Notes under the pieces: generated by a model
The model's input: only the letters and a program-made list of their open reading frames with translations
The model's database searches: none
Told to the model about the DNA's origin: nothing
Shown: one piece after another, positions 8,295-17,648 of the stretch
Layout: every line of letters starts with the position of its first letter
Position numbering within the stretch: the stretch's first letter is position 1
Position numbers and translations under genes: made by a program
Virus record (IMG/VR): IMGVR_UViG_3300050121_000180
Coordinates: 1 to 55,469 of that record
From: a virus
Lineage: Duplodnaviria > Caudoviricetes
Strand: one strand, 5' to 3'
Length of the DNA stretch: 55,469 nt

Positions 8295-8516
8295 TTATTG
8301 TAAGTTTAAGTTTTTACCGCTTAAATGCTCATACAAAAATTCCACACGATTAACTGAAGGGTTCTTCATCATGTGGGCGCTAAAGCGTTGCAGCCAAAAG
8401 AATGTAATACCCGTATCAATACTTATTTCCGCAATGGAGCGTTCGTCATTTTTTAACAGCTTGTGAGTTTGTTGCATTAGCGCACCCGGACTGTCGAAGA
8501 TTTTTATTTTTGCCAT
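8295..8516 (-). CDS. HTH transcriptional regulator (XRE/Cro-like)
   Basis: SIAEISIDTGITFFWLQRF...NPSVNRVEFLY; next to divergent promoters. Confidence 0.75.
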   Translation of the reverse strand: MAKIKIFDSPGALMQQTHKLLKNDERSIAEISIDTGITFFWLQRFSAHMMKNPSVNRVEFLYEHLSGKNLNLQ

Positions 8517-8556
8517 GTGATTTCCTTAACGTTTAAATATTACTTACAAGGCGTTT

Positions 8557-8640
8557 AATATAATGTTAAAATTTAATATATGCAAGAGATATAATAGAAT
8601 CAATAAACTTATTGCGCGGTGTAAAGATAGGCTTTAATAT
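8557..8640. promoter_or_regulatory. Divergent sigma70 promoter pair
   Basis: - strand TTGCAT-17-TATATT (8585-8557); + strand TTGCGC-17-TAATAT (8612-8640). Confidence 0.6.
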
Positions 8641-8673
8641 CTGTTTACTGTTTAATTTTATAGGGAGTTAAAA

Positions 8674-9240
8674 ATGAGTGCTAAAGAAAAAAATGCTGAC
8701 GATTGTATTGACGTTGGTATTGTGGTACAGGATTATGAAAAGTTTGTTAAAGGGTTGTTTAAAACAAATAACGAAGCGCCGTATCCTAATTCTTTTATTT
8801 GGAACTTAACCCATGCTGCCTTAGGTATCGGCGGTGAAGCGGATGAAGTTGTTGACTTAGTTAAAAAGACATTTGCAAACAACCGAACCTTGGACGGGGA
8901 TAAGCTTGTAAAAGAGTTGGGAGATTTAATGTTTTACATTCAAGCAATGTGCAACACTATCAACATTCCTTTAATAACTGTCCTGCAAGCTAACGTTGTA
9001 AAACTTACCGCACGTTTCCCCGAAGGTTATTCAAATGAAGCTGCAATTGCACGAGCAGATGAAAACCAACCTGAACCTGAACCTGAATCTGAAGTTTACG
9101 GCGAAATCCCCCGCGGATATAAAATGTCTACAAAGTCATTAGGTAAACCTTTTAAAAACTTCATGGATGCGGGTTGGACTCGCGAACAAATGGTTGAATT
9201 TGGGTATATTGAACTTATTATTCCGGAATTAGCAGGATAG
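8674..9240 (+). CDS. mazG: MazG-like nucleotide pyrophosphohydrolase with an extra C-terminal GWT domain
   Basis: HAALGIGGEADEVVDLVKK...KELGDLMFY...NVVKLTARFPEGY. Confidence 0.88.
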   Translation: MSAKEKNADDCIDVGIVVQDYEKFVKGLFKTNNEAPYPNSFIWNLTHAALGIGGEADEVVDLVKKTFANNRTLDGDKLVKELGDLMFYIQAMCNTINIPLITVLQANVVKLTARFPEGYSNEAAIARADENQPEPEPESEVYGEIPRGYKMSTKSLGKPFKNFMDAGWTREQMVEFGYIELIIPELAG

Positions 9241-9241
9241 T

Positions 9242-9436
9242 ATGATAGCCGTTCAAACTCCGAGCGGTTTAGTTGCGTGGTGCCACATACCACGCCAAAT
9301 CCCCGTATACATTGCAATGCTGTATAATTCAGCTCCCCCGCAAATCATCCCTGATACAATGTTAAGCAAGGTTGAAATGTTGGAATACAACGAATTACAA
9401 AGTCAAAATATTGACGGAAGGTTTTTAGAAAAATGA
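9242..9436 (+). CDS. Hypothetical protein
   Basis: AGGA RBS; abuts both neighbours. Confidence 0.6.
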   Translation: MIAVQTPSGLVAWCHIPRQIPVYIAMLYNSAPPQIIPDTMLSKVEMLEYNELQSQNIDGRFLEK

Positions 9437-10173
9437 CTGATAAAATTAAAGTATTGGACCACGGATTTATTCTTCTCCACAATATGGCTGGGCCAACTAG
9501 ACGAATTTATGAAGAAACTGATGAGGGTTTAACTGTTGAACGCGATTTCGATGCAGACGATACTGACCCGGCAAACTCAGCACGTATGTCATTCAATCAA
9601 ATGGATGCGGGGCGTACACGTGAACAGGATTTCAAGCTTGCTGAATATTTAATGAAAAACCAACACTGGACTCCGTTTGAGTCTATTGAAGTTTGGATTG
9701 AAATGAAATTGCCTATATTTGTAGCTCGGCAATTTGTGCGTCATCGTACAGCAAGCTTAAATGAAGTATCAGGCCGTTATGTTACTTTGCCTGAAGAATG
9801 GTATATCCCTGAAAATGTTGGGGCAGCTCCAAAAGATAAGAAGCAAGGGCAAGCTGAAGGCTTAGATGATATTTTACAAAAACAATTTAAGTATGATTTA
9901 GATAAACAATGCGGTATTTCCTATAACTTATATTTACATCACATTGCTCAAGGCGTTGCGCCGGAACATGCTAGAATGTTTCTACATTTAAACCATTATA
10001 CTCATTGGTTATGGAAACAAGACTTGCGAAACCTTTTGGACTTTTTACGCCTGCGCGACCACGGACATGCACAGATTGAAGCGCAAATGTACGCCAAAGC
10101 AATTGATGCAGCTATTCGTCAATACCTCCCTGAAACAATGAAACTTTATGATAACTATGTAAGGATGCAATAA
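9433..10173 (+). CDS. thyX: Flavin-dependent thymidylate synthase
   Basis: HWTPFE, RQFVRHRTASLNEVSGRY (RHRx7SxR), HAQIEAQ. Confidence 0.95.
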   Translation: MTDKIKVLDHGFILLHNMAGPTRRIYEETDEGLTVERDFDADDTDPANSARMSFNQMDAGRTREQDFKLAEYLMKNQHWTPFESIEVWIEMKLPIFVARQFVRHRTASLNEVSGRYVTLPEEWYIPENVGAAPKDKKQGQAEGLDDILQKQFKYDLDKQCGISYNLYLHHIAQGVAPEHARMFLHLNHYTHWLWKQDLRNLLDFLRLRDHGHAQIEAQMYAKAIDAAIRQYLPETMKLYDNYVRMQ

Positions 10174-10607
10174 TGTTAGAAAACCCGGAATTCCTAGCCA
10201 AACTAAAAGCTTGGCAAACTGCCGCTCAACAGGCAAAAACTGCAACGGAGCTTGAAAGCAAACTTCGAGATGAAGTGTTTAAAGAAGCTTTTCCAGTTGA
10301 AGGGGCGAAGCAAGATAGCAAGGGGACTTTTTACGAAGACTTACCAAACGGCTGGCGCTTGCAAGCTGTTACTAAACTCACAGCAAAATTGGACGAAGCT
10401 GCTGTTCCTGCAATTAAAGAAAAACTTTTGGAAATGAAAGTAATCGGTGTGGACACACTATTTAAATATAAACCTTCGCTTGTTGCTGCGGAATATAAAA
10501 AATTAACAGTTGAATCCAAAGCTGTAGTTGACGAAGCAATTAAAGAAACCCCTGCAAAAGTTGTGTTGGAATTGCTTGCTCCAAAACCTGCGGAATTAGA
10601 CGTTTAA
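10173..10607 (+). CDS. Recombination-module protein (Gp157/Gam-like position)
   Basis: Helical N-terminus, LFKYKPSLVAAEYKKL; sits just before the AAA ATPase-SSB genes. Confidence 0.55.
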   Translation: MLENPEFLAKLKAWQTAAQQAKTATELESKLRDEVFKEAFPVEGAKQDSKGTFYEDLPNGWRLQAVTKLTAKLDEAAVPAIKEKLLEMKVIGVDTLFKYKPSLVAAEYKKLTVESKAVVDEAIKETPAKVVLELLAPKPAELDV

Positions 10608-10622
10608 TCATCACTAAACTAT

Positions 10623-10651
10623 TTGTTTTCAACGCGTTAAATTGCGATAAT
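10623..10651 (+). promoter_or_regulatory. sigma70-type promoter
   Basis: TTGTTT-17-GATAAT with TG extension. Confidence 0.5.
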
Positions 10652-10676
10652 ACTATCTAGTTAATTAGGAATAAAT

Positions 10677-11516
10677 ATGAGTTTATTACAAACGATTTCG
10701 AGTTCGGGCTCTGTAGCAAGTACCGAGGGCGTGAGAATAGTTTTGGCTGGAATTGAGAAAGCTGGGAAAACCACGTTGGCTTGCTCTGCGCCTAAAACTT
10801 TACTTATTCCATTGGAAAATGGATATGGGGGCATTGTTGTTCAAAAGACTAATACGCCTTCAAGTTTTGAAGAAGTATTACAATTGATGGATGAAGTTAT
10901 TAAATACGCGCAAGCCGGTACATTTCCTTATAAAACGTTAGTCTTTGATAGTGCCACCGCTTTGGAACGGTTAATTCACGATTTTACATTGCGAACTGAC
11001 CCGACTTATGCAGTAGGTAACAAAAAAGCTTTGACCATGGAATCCGCATTGGGCGGGTTTGGTCGGGCTTATACTTTCGCTAATGAAAAGTTCGCGGAAT
11101 TCTTAGCAAAATGCGATTTGCTTGCAAAATACGGTAAAATTAATATTGTATTAACTTGCCATGTATTTGCTGCTCAAGTTGTTGACCCTGTCAACGGCGA
11201 ATACGATTCTTGGGATTTATTACTACATTCTCCCAAGAATAGCAAAACTTATGGAAAACGGGAAATCTTGACTCAATGGGCGGACATGATTGGATTCTTG
11301 CATGAACCTATGTTCATACTTGAGGGTGAAAATGTTAATCGTGGGATGAGTAGTAATAAAGGTCGTGTGCTTGGGATGAGTCGTATGCCAAGCTACGTTG
11401 CTGGGAATCGTTATGGTGTTATTGGCGAAATTCCTATCCCAAAAGAAAAGGGCTGGAATAGTATTGCCAATGCAATCTATACAAGTTGTAAAGTAGATAT
11501 TTTTAACAGGGATTAA
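10677..11516 (+). CDS. AAA_24 / Sak4-like ATPase (annealase)
   Basis: Walker A GIEKAGKTT, Walker B LVFDSATALE, LTCH, QWADMIGF. Confidence 0.85.
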   Translation: MSLLQTISSSGSVASTEGVRIVLAGIEKAGKTTLACSAPKTLLIPLENGYGGIVVQKTNTPSSFEEVLQLMDEVIKYAQAGTFPYKTLVFDSATALERLIHDFTLRTDPTYAVGNKKALTMESALGGFGRAYTFANEKFAEFLAKCDLLAKYGKINIVLTCHVFAAQVVDPVNGEYDSWDLLLHSPKNSKTYGKREILTQWADMIGFLHEPMFILEGENVNRGMSSNKGRVLGMSRMPSYVAGNRYGVIGEIPIPKEKGWNSIANAIYTSCKVDIFNRD

Positions 11517-11579
11517 TTTTAAGTTTTAACGGAGAACACGGCTGCCGTAAAAGTCGGACTTTAAATTTAGGAGATTTAC

Positions 11580-12398
11580 ATGAAATTACCACAAAGTTTT
11601 AATGCTGCAACCGTTGCACCGTCAGCGCCTATTGAAGTGATTCCAGTTGGTTGGTATCCAATGACAATTACTGCAAGTGAAAACAAAGAAACCAGCAAGA
11701 AAAACGGTTCAATGTTAGCTTTAGAATTCACAATTATTGACGGGCAATACAAAGGACGTAAGTTCTTTTCTAACCTTAACTTGGTTAATCCAAACGCTCA
11801 AGCAGTTGAAATTGCTTACGCTGAACTATCTGCAATTTGCCATGCAACGGGTGTTATGATTGTGGAAGACAGCTCACAACTTCATAATATTCCATTGGAT
11901 GTTAAAGTTGGAATGCGTAAACCTGATGCGGCTTATCCAGACCCAGCTAATGAAATTAAAGGTTATAAACGCCTTGAAGGTGTTGGTGCTGCAAATGCTA
12001 CAGGCGCTCCGCCACCTTTACCTGCTGCAATTCCACCTGCTGCAACGGCTGCTCCTGCTGCGGCTGGGGTAATGCCTTGGGCTACAGCTGAAACGGTTGC
12101 TGCCCCTGCTGCGGCTGCTCCAGCTCCAGTGGCTGAAGTTGCTCCTCCTGTAGTTCCACCAGTAGTTGAAGCGCCAGCGCCGGCACCTGTTCCAACTCCA
12201 GCACCTGCCCCAGTTATCCCAGCGGAACCAGTTAAAACAATGACTGAAAAAGCTGCTGGTGCAACGTACGAAGCGTTTATTGCAAACGGTTGGACAGACG
12301 CAAAAATGATTGAAGCAGGTTATATGGTTTTAGTAGTTCCTGAAGTTGCTGCTCCAGCTCCAGCGGCAAATGGTGTAAACCCACCTTGGGCTAATTAA
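11580..12398 (+). CDS. DUF669-family ssDNA-binding protein with a Pro/Ala linker and C-terminal GWT domain
   Basis: IPVGWY, GQYKGRKFFSNLNL, LSAICHATG, NEIKGYK; follows the Sak4-like ATPase. Confidence 0.85.
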   Translation: MKLPQSFNAATVAPSAPIEVIPVGWYPMTITASENKETSKKNGSMLALEFTIIDGQYKGRKFFSNLNLVNPNAQAVEIAYAELSAICHATGVMIVEDSSQLHNIPLDVKVGMRKPDAAYPDPANEIKGYKRLEGVGAANATGAPPPLPAAIPPAATAAPAAAGVMPWATAETVAAPAAAAPAPVAEVAPPVVPPVVEAPAPAPVPTPAPAPVIPAEPVKTMTEKAAGATYEAFIANGWTDAKMIEAGYMVLVVPEVAAPAPAANGVNPPWAN

Positions 12399-12415
12399 TA
12401 GTTTTAAATTCTAAG

Positions 12416-12570
12416 CGTCGCCATGCCCGAATGCCTATATGGTCAAGACATGGCGCGGTCGTCTGATGGAAACAAATGCCGTAAGGTTAAGCTCTAATTA
12501 AAGCTTAGTGTTGTGAGTTCACCGGTAACTACCAAAGTCAGCGAGAGGGTGCAAAGCCCCCATTTTTTTT
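12416..12570 (+). ncRNA. Candidate structured intergenic RNA ending in a terminator-like hairpin and U-run
   Basis: Hairpins CGCCATG/CATGGCG, GCC-GTAA-GGT and TAAGCT/AGCTTA; long-range CTGA/TCAG pairing; T-run at 12563-12570. Confidence 0.35.
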
Positions 12571-12589
12571 ATTTTTAATGGAGTATAAA

Positions 12590-12928
12590 ATGTCAGAATT
12601 TCCTGTAGCTCCCCCAAAACAACATATAAGAACCCGAAACCTTGAAGAAGATTTTAAAGTTGATGTAAACGCTGTTCTTGCAGAATTAGGCGAAATGCTT
12701 GTTGCTAAAAACCGCAAGTATGGGGATGCAGCATTAAACCCAAAACAAACATTTTCCAAGTCTAGCGCAATTGAATTAATTAATGTTAGAATTGACGATA
12801 AACTTTCCCGTATTGCAAATGCTCAAACGGATGAAGACGAAGACCCTGAATGGGATTTGTTGGGCTATCTTGTGTTAAAACGGATTGCTATTTTGCGTCA
12901 AAAAGCAAGAGATGAAAGCGATTTATGA
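12590..12928 (+). CDS. Nucleotide-modification-associated domain 1 (DUF1599-like) protein
   Basis: KNRKYGD...RIDDKLSRI...DLLGYL; GGAG RBS favours the start at 12590. Confidence 0.7.
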   Translation: MSEFPVAPPKQHIRTRNLEEDFKVDVNAVLAELGEMLVAKNRKYGDAALNPKQTFSKSSAIELINVRIDDKLSRIANAQTDEDEDPEWDLLGYLVLKRIAILRQKARDESDL

Positions 12929-13338
12929 ATATTACAATTTACGCCAAACCCGTGTTCAAGTTTACGTTAACGCGTGATATTTTGAACGCTTTGATTTATT
13001 TATCCCAGCAACATTATGACTGGAAATGTAAGTCTGCTTCTGCTAAAGTAATGGATTCTGTTAATTCAATTAATGGTTTTCTGACTATCTGGCAATTCCA
13101 TTTTCCTTTCGTAGAAGGGCAAGCTGAATGCGATGCTGAAGAAGGTGAAATTACAGGCGTTACTTGGGGTGAACTGGATACGGTTCTTAAAATCTGCGAA
13201 AACAGGGGCAGTTGGCTTGATGATAATTTAAACAAGAAACTTGGCAAATTTGTCAAGGAAATTTATAAAGCTATGGATTTGTCTAATAAAACCGCAATGG
13301 GTTGGACAATTACTTCAGTGGCAGAATTCGAATTATGA
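12925..13338 (+). CDS. Hypothetical protein
   Basis: ATGA overlaps at both ends. Confidence 0.7.
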   Translation: MNITIYAKPVFKFTLTRDILNALIYLSQQHYDWKCKSASAKVMDSVNSINGFLTIWQFHFPFVEGQAECDAEEGEITGVTWGELDTVLKICENRGSWLDDNLNKKLGKFVKEIYKAMDLSNKTAMGWTITSVAEFEL

Positions 13339-14258
13339 TACTTGCTGCCCAAACAATGCAAGCAATTGAAGATGCTTTAGTTAAAGACCAAGGTGCTGCA
13401 TTTCGAGGGAATTTGGAAAAGCTCATTCCACTAGCAGAAGACGCATATTCAACAAGCCAAGTTCCGTTCCGTAAGCACTTAGGCGCTTCGCTTATTGGTA
13501 GGGAATGCTCGCGCGAATTATGGTATAGCTGGCATTGGTGTAAAGCTCCAAAGTTTGGCGGTAGAATATTAAGACTATTTAATCGCGGGCATCTTGAAGA
13601 ACCTAGATTCGTAGCTTTACTTCAAATGATTGGTTGCACAGTTTATCAGTTTGATAAAAACGGTAAACAATTTCGCATTGACGGGCATGGAGGTCATTAC
13701 GGTGGAGGTTTAGATGGTGTTGCAGTAGGTATTCCTGAATATCCAAATGACCCGGGCTTAACTGAATTTAAAACACATAATGATAAATCTTTTAATACTG
13801 TGGTTAAAGAAGGTGTACAGGCTGCCAAACCCGAGCATTTCCATCAAATGCAACAATACATGGGTTATCATAAACTTCGCTTTGCACTCTACATGGCTGT
13901 GAATAAGAATACGGATGAAATACATGCGGAAATTATTTTGTTCGACCCTATATACTTTCATCAATATTTTGAACGTGCGGGTAACATTGTAAAATCCAAA
14001 ATACCGCTTCCAAAGATTAGCAATAATGCTAAATTTTTTAAATGCAGCTTTTGTGATTTTAAACCTATTTGTCATGGCAAAGACGTACCTGACTTAAACT
14101 GCCGCACATGCGTTTACAGCGAAGCATCATTGGAAAATGATAACGGCGAATGGATTTGTACCAATCCTTTAAACAGTTTAAATCTAATAAGCTTTGAGCA
14201 ACAATTAAAAGGATGTGATAATTACCTTGTTAATCCACATATAAAAGAACCTTTGTAA
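13335..14258 (+). CDS. Cas4-like PD-(D/E)XK exonuclease
   Basis: HLGASLIGRECSRELWY, GGLDG, TEFKTH, QMQQYM, C-terminal CxxC clusters. Confidence 0.88.
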   Translation: MILAAQTMQAIEDALVKDQGAAFRGNLEKLIPLAEDAYSTSQVPFRKHLGASLIGRECSRELWYSWHWCKAPKFGGRILRLFNRGHLEEPRFVALLQMIGCTVYQFDKNGKQFRIDGHGGHYGGGLDGVAVGIPEYPNDPGLTEFKTHNDKSFNTVVKEGVQAAKPEHFHQMQQYMGYHKLRFALYMAVNKNTDEIHAEIILFDPIYFHQYFERAGNIVKSKIPLPKISNNAKFFKCSFCDFKPICHGKDVPDLNCRTCVYSEASLENDNGEWICTNPLNSLNLISFEQQLKGCDNYLVNPHIKEPL

Positions 14259-15935
14259 ATGGCAATTATCCCGCGTGACTACCAAGAAACTGCTATTGAA
14301 GCGCCGTTTAAATATTTTGAAAATGGGGGTGTAGGCAATCCTTTAGTATTAGCTCCGCAGGGAACTGGGAAAAGTGTCATAATTGGTGAATTTGTTAGAC
14401 GCGCAATTACTCGTTATCCGGGTACTCGAATTCTTATGCTTACACATGTTAAAGAATTAATTTCACAGAATATGGCAAAACTTTTAGATATTTGGCCTAA
14501 CGCCCCTGTAGGAATTTATTCAGCAGGGCTTGGAGCTAAAGATGCTTTTTATCCTATTACTTACGGCGGAGTAAGCTCGGTTGCTAAATGCAAAAATATT
14601 GCAATCTTTGGTAAAATAGATTTACTGCTTATTGACGAATGCCATTTAGTAAGCCCGAATGATGCAACGGAATATAATCGTGTTATTAAACAATTGAAAA
14701 AATTAAATCCCCATTTAAAAGTAATAGGCTATACGGCAACGGACTTCAGGTTGGGGCATGGTCGCTTAACTGAAAACGACCATTTATTCACGGATGTTGC
14801 GATTAATATGTGTACCTTGGAAGGCTTTAATTGGTTCTTTGACCAAGGGTATTTAGCACGGTTGGTTCCTAAACGAACCAAGATGCAAATTGACAGCTCC
14901 AAGATTCACATGAAGCAAGGTGAGTTCGTAGAAAGCGAAGCTCAAGCTGTAATGGATAAGCATGAAGTAAGTTGGCAAGCAATTCATGAAATGATGGAAG
15001 AAGGGGTTAATCGCAAGTGTTGGTTAGTATTTGCTCAAGGTGTTAACCATACGGAACACGTTTGGCAAATGATGTTGGACTTAGGAATCAATGCAACCTA
15101 CGTGCATTCTAAAATGCCTAAAAAACAACGTGACGCTAACATTGCAGATTTCAAAGCGGGTAAATATTTAGCAATGGTCAACTCAGGAATCTTAACTACT
15201 GGCTTCGACTGTCCACAAATTGACTTGCTTGCCGTATTACGTTTGACGCAATCGCCAGGTCTATGGACACAAATCCTAGGTAGAGCAACTCGTCCTGATT
15301 ATGCTGAAGGGTTTGATTTGTCCACACAATCAGGGCGTTTGGCTGCCATTGCTGCGAGTGATAAACCTAACGCGCTAGTGTTAGACTTTGCTGGAAATAC
15401 TAAACGCCTTGGGCCAATTAACGACCCTGTAATTCCAAAATATAAAGGTGCGGGAGGCGGGGGAGTTGCTCCAGTTAAAGTCTGCGAAGTTTGCATGACA
15501 TACAACCACGCTTCAGTTCGTTATTGCACTCAATGCGGAACGGAATTTATTGCAGCCGTTAAGATTACAAATTATGCAGGAACGGATGAATTAATTGCTA
15601 GTAACGAAGTTAAAGAATTAGAGTCAACAATATTTACAGTTGATAAAGTTACTTATAAAAGGCACAAAGGCCGCAATAGCGCAATAGATAGTTTGAAAGT
15701 TTCCTATTATTGTGGAATCCGTATGTTTAGCGAATACATCTGCCTTGAACATGCTGTAGGAAATTACGCTAATAATAGAGCGCGTAATTGGTGGCGTGAT
15801 GCTACAGGAAAAACAATGAAGCCTCCGCTTACAATTGCTGAAGCTTTAGAACGTCTAAACGAAGTTAGGCAAGCTAGGCGGATTCGTGTATTAGTAAAAG
15901 AAACAAATTCGGAGATTATTAATTATGAATACTAA
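14259..15935 (+). CDS. Superfamily 2 helicase (RadD/YejH-like) with zinc finger
   Basis: PQGTGKS, LLIDECH, YTAT, LTTGFD, QILGRATR, CEVC..CTQC. Confidence 0.92.
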   Translation: MAIIPRDYQETAIEAPFKYFENGGVGNPLVLAPQGTGKSVIIGEFVRRAITRYPGTRILMLTHVKELISQNMAKLLDIWPNAPVGIYSAGLGAKDAFYPITYGGVSSVAKCKNIAIFGKIDLLLIDECHLVSPNDATEYNRVIKQLKKLNPHLKVIGYTATDFRLGHGRLTENDHLFTDVAINMCTLEGFNWFFDQGYLARLVPKRTKMQIDSSKIHMKQGEFVESEAQAVMDKHEVSWQAIHEMMEEGVNRKCWLVFAQGVNHTEHVWQMMLDLGINATYVHSKMPKKQRDANIADFKAGKYLAMVNSGILTTGFDCPQIDLLAVLRLTQSPGLWTQILGRATRPDYAEGFDLSTQSGRLAAIAASDKPNALVLDFAGNTKRLGPINDPVIPKYKGAGGGGVAPVKVCEVCMTYNHASVRYCTQCGTEFIAAVKITNYAGTDELIASNEVKELESTIFTVDKVTYKRHKGRNSAIDSLKVSYYCGIRMFSEYICLEHAVGNYANNRARNWWRDATGKTMKPPLTIAEALERLNEVRQARRIRVLVKETNSEIINYEY

Positions 15936-16146
15936 AGTTAAACGCACTGATCATTGGGCTGAAGTTTGTGCTTCTAAACGTGCATTGTTTGAACGCTGTT
16001 TAGAAGTAGATACTTTTCATAGTTGTATAAACTGTGAAAACTTTGATGTGAAGAACGATGTTTGCAGTTTGGTTGGAACTAGGCCGCCAACAGACGTGAT
16101 AGTGTTTTCATGTGGGAAAGCATGGGTTGGGTTCTTGCCTTTTTAA
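15925..16146 (+). CDS. Small Cys-rich protein
   Basis: SCINCENF...C...RPP...C..W, ends FLPF; GGAG RBS. Confidence 0.7.
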   Translation: MNTKVKRTDHWAEVCASKRALFERCLEVDTFHSCINCENFDVKNDVCSLVGTRPPTDVIVFSCGKAWVGFLPF

Positions 16147-16159
16147 ATGTCATCAATTA

Positions 16160-16222
16160 AATTGAAAATAAATCAAAAAGGGTTGATTAATATTTGTAAA
16201 TCATTATAATGAATACATCGAG
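16160..16222 (+). promoter_or_regulatory. Early-type promoter (TACATCG family)
   Basis: A-rich UP element, TTGATT-16-TATAAT, then TACATCGAG. Confidence 0.75.
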
Positions 16223-16272
16223 CAAGCATTACCGCGAAGCCGATACTCTAACAGCTAAAATGGAGAATTAAA

Positions 16273-16743
16273 ATGACACATACAACTACAGAAGTTAAAA
16301 CTTATACAAACAAATCAAATGCTAAACGTGCAATCAAAGCAGCGGGTGAATATGCTGCTGCCGTATCTAATCAATTTATCACTACAGTTCAAGGTGGTTT
16401 TATTGTAGACTTAAACGAAGTTAGTGAATACGAAAAAAATGCTCGCGCTAACTATGCAGCGCAAGAAGCTCAACGTGCTTTGGAACTTGCAAAAGTAGTT
16501 CAAGCACCAAAAGCAAAACCAGTTAAAGCAGCAAAAGTTTATACTGAAAAGTCACACGAATCTACAATTGTTCGCCCTTGCAAACAAGTTTGGCACATTG
16601 CAGATTCAATGAAAGGTTCAAGCCGCAAAGAAGTTATCGCTGCTTGCGAAGCCGCAGGTATTGCTTTTTATACAGCCCGCACTCAATATCAAGCCTGGAA
16701 AGCTTGCGAAAACGAAATGGCGGCTCGTACTGCGGCTAAATAA
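16273..16743 (+). CDS. Putative DNA-binding protein, paralog family member 2
   Basis: TGGAGAA RBS; K/P/A linker then VWHIADSMKGSSRKEVIAACEAAGIAFYTARTQYQAWK. Confidence 0.8.
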   Translation: MTHTTTEVKTYTNKSNAKRAIKAAGEYAAAVSNQFITTVQGGFIVDLNEVSEYEKNARANYAAQEAQRALELAKVVQAPKAKPVKAAKVYTEKSHESTIVRPCKQVWHIADSMKGSSRKEVIAACEAAGIAFYTARTQYQAWKACENEMAARTAAK

Positions 16744-16942
16744 TTAATAATAGCGAGCCAAGGCGCTTAGTCCTTGGACTTGAAGGGTCAAGATGCTGAG
16801 ATAAAAACAGCTACGTGAACGAGCTATTTGAACTGGCAAGTATAGCAAGGAACCCTAATACTGAGCGCAGGAGGGAAAAATGCCCGTCCCGTCTTATAGG
16901 ACTTATAAGAGCTAACGGCAAACTTATTTTTGGAGAATTAAA

Positions 16943-17554
16943 ATGGCTAAAGAAAAACTTGAACCAATCTTGTATATGGTTGTTGATGTTACAACTATTG
17001 AATCAACTAAAATTCGATTCGTTACAAATAACGAACGCGCTTTATTACTGGGTCAAACTTATATGAATGACCATCCAGGCCGCAAGTGTATTGCACCCAT
17101 GGTTGAAGCTCGTAGCTTTTCAAAATTAGATAAGCTTGCATTACAATATTTATTCTGGAATACATTTGCAGAAAAACCAAACGAAGATTATGCGCAACTA
17201 TTGCAGGATTGCTTAACACGTACATTAAAACTTGAAGTTGACACTAGCGAAATTGGTGCTTTGCAAGCCTTAAAGGATTTGTCCACAACAAACAATCCTG
17301 TAACTGTTGACGGGGTGCCAAAAGCTCCCAAAGTTAAAAAAGAACCAACTGCAAATGCTGTTCCGAAAACAACTTCAACATGTGGGTTAGTTTGGGATTT
17401 ATGCGCTAAAGTGTTTAAAGATTCAGGACTTGCGTTGGACGCTAAAGCTTTGCGGGGACTTGTTATGGCTGCTTGCGAAGAAGAAGGCGTTAATAAATCA
17501 ACTGCTGCTGTTCAATGGGGCAAGTGGAAAGCGAGTGTTCAAGTTAGTGCGTAA
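16943..17554 (+). CDS. Putative DNA-binding protein, paralog family member 3
   Basis: TGGAGAA RBS; VWDLC...RGLVMAACEEEGVNKSTAAVQWGKWK. Confidence 0.8.
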   Translation: MAKEKLEPILYMVVDVTTIESTKIRFVTNNERALLLGQTYMNDHPGRKCIAPMVEARSFSKLDKLALQYLFWNTFAEKPNEDYAQLLQDCLTRTLKLEVDTSEIGALQALKDLSTTNNPVTVDGVPKAPKVKKEPTANAVPKTTSTCGLVWDLCAKVFKDSGLALDAKALRGLVMAACEEEGVNKSTAAVQWGKWKASVQVSA

Positions 17555-17648
17555 TTAAGATAGACAAGCCTCTTCAAACACTATAAAGTCTAGGCTAGAT
17601 ACAAAAATTTATAGTGTTTAATTTAATTAATTTTTATGGAGATTTATA

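Noticed and set aside
8295-8640. Lysogeny switch (HTH gene plus divergent promoters)
   Set aside because: No integrase, partition genes or CI-like peptidase domain recognised; more likely a replication-gene regulator
12460-12475. Hammerhead ribozyme core (CTGATG...GAAAC)
   Set aside because: CTGATGG replaces CUGANGA and there is no stem II between the two core strands
13335-14258. Cas4-like gene as part of a CRISPR-Cas system
   Set aside because: No repeat-spacer array or other cas genes seen; it sits in a standard phage recombination module
16815-17066. ORF 16815-17066
   Set aside because: GTG start without an RBS; overlaps ORF 16943 out of frame and crosses a hairpin-rich spacer
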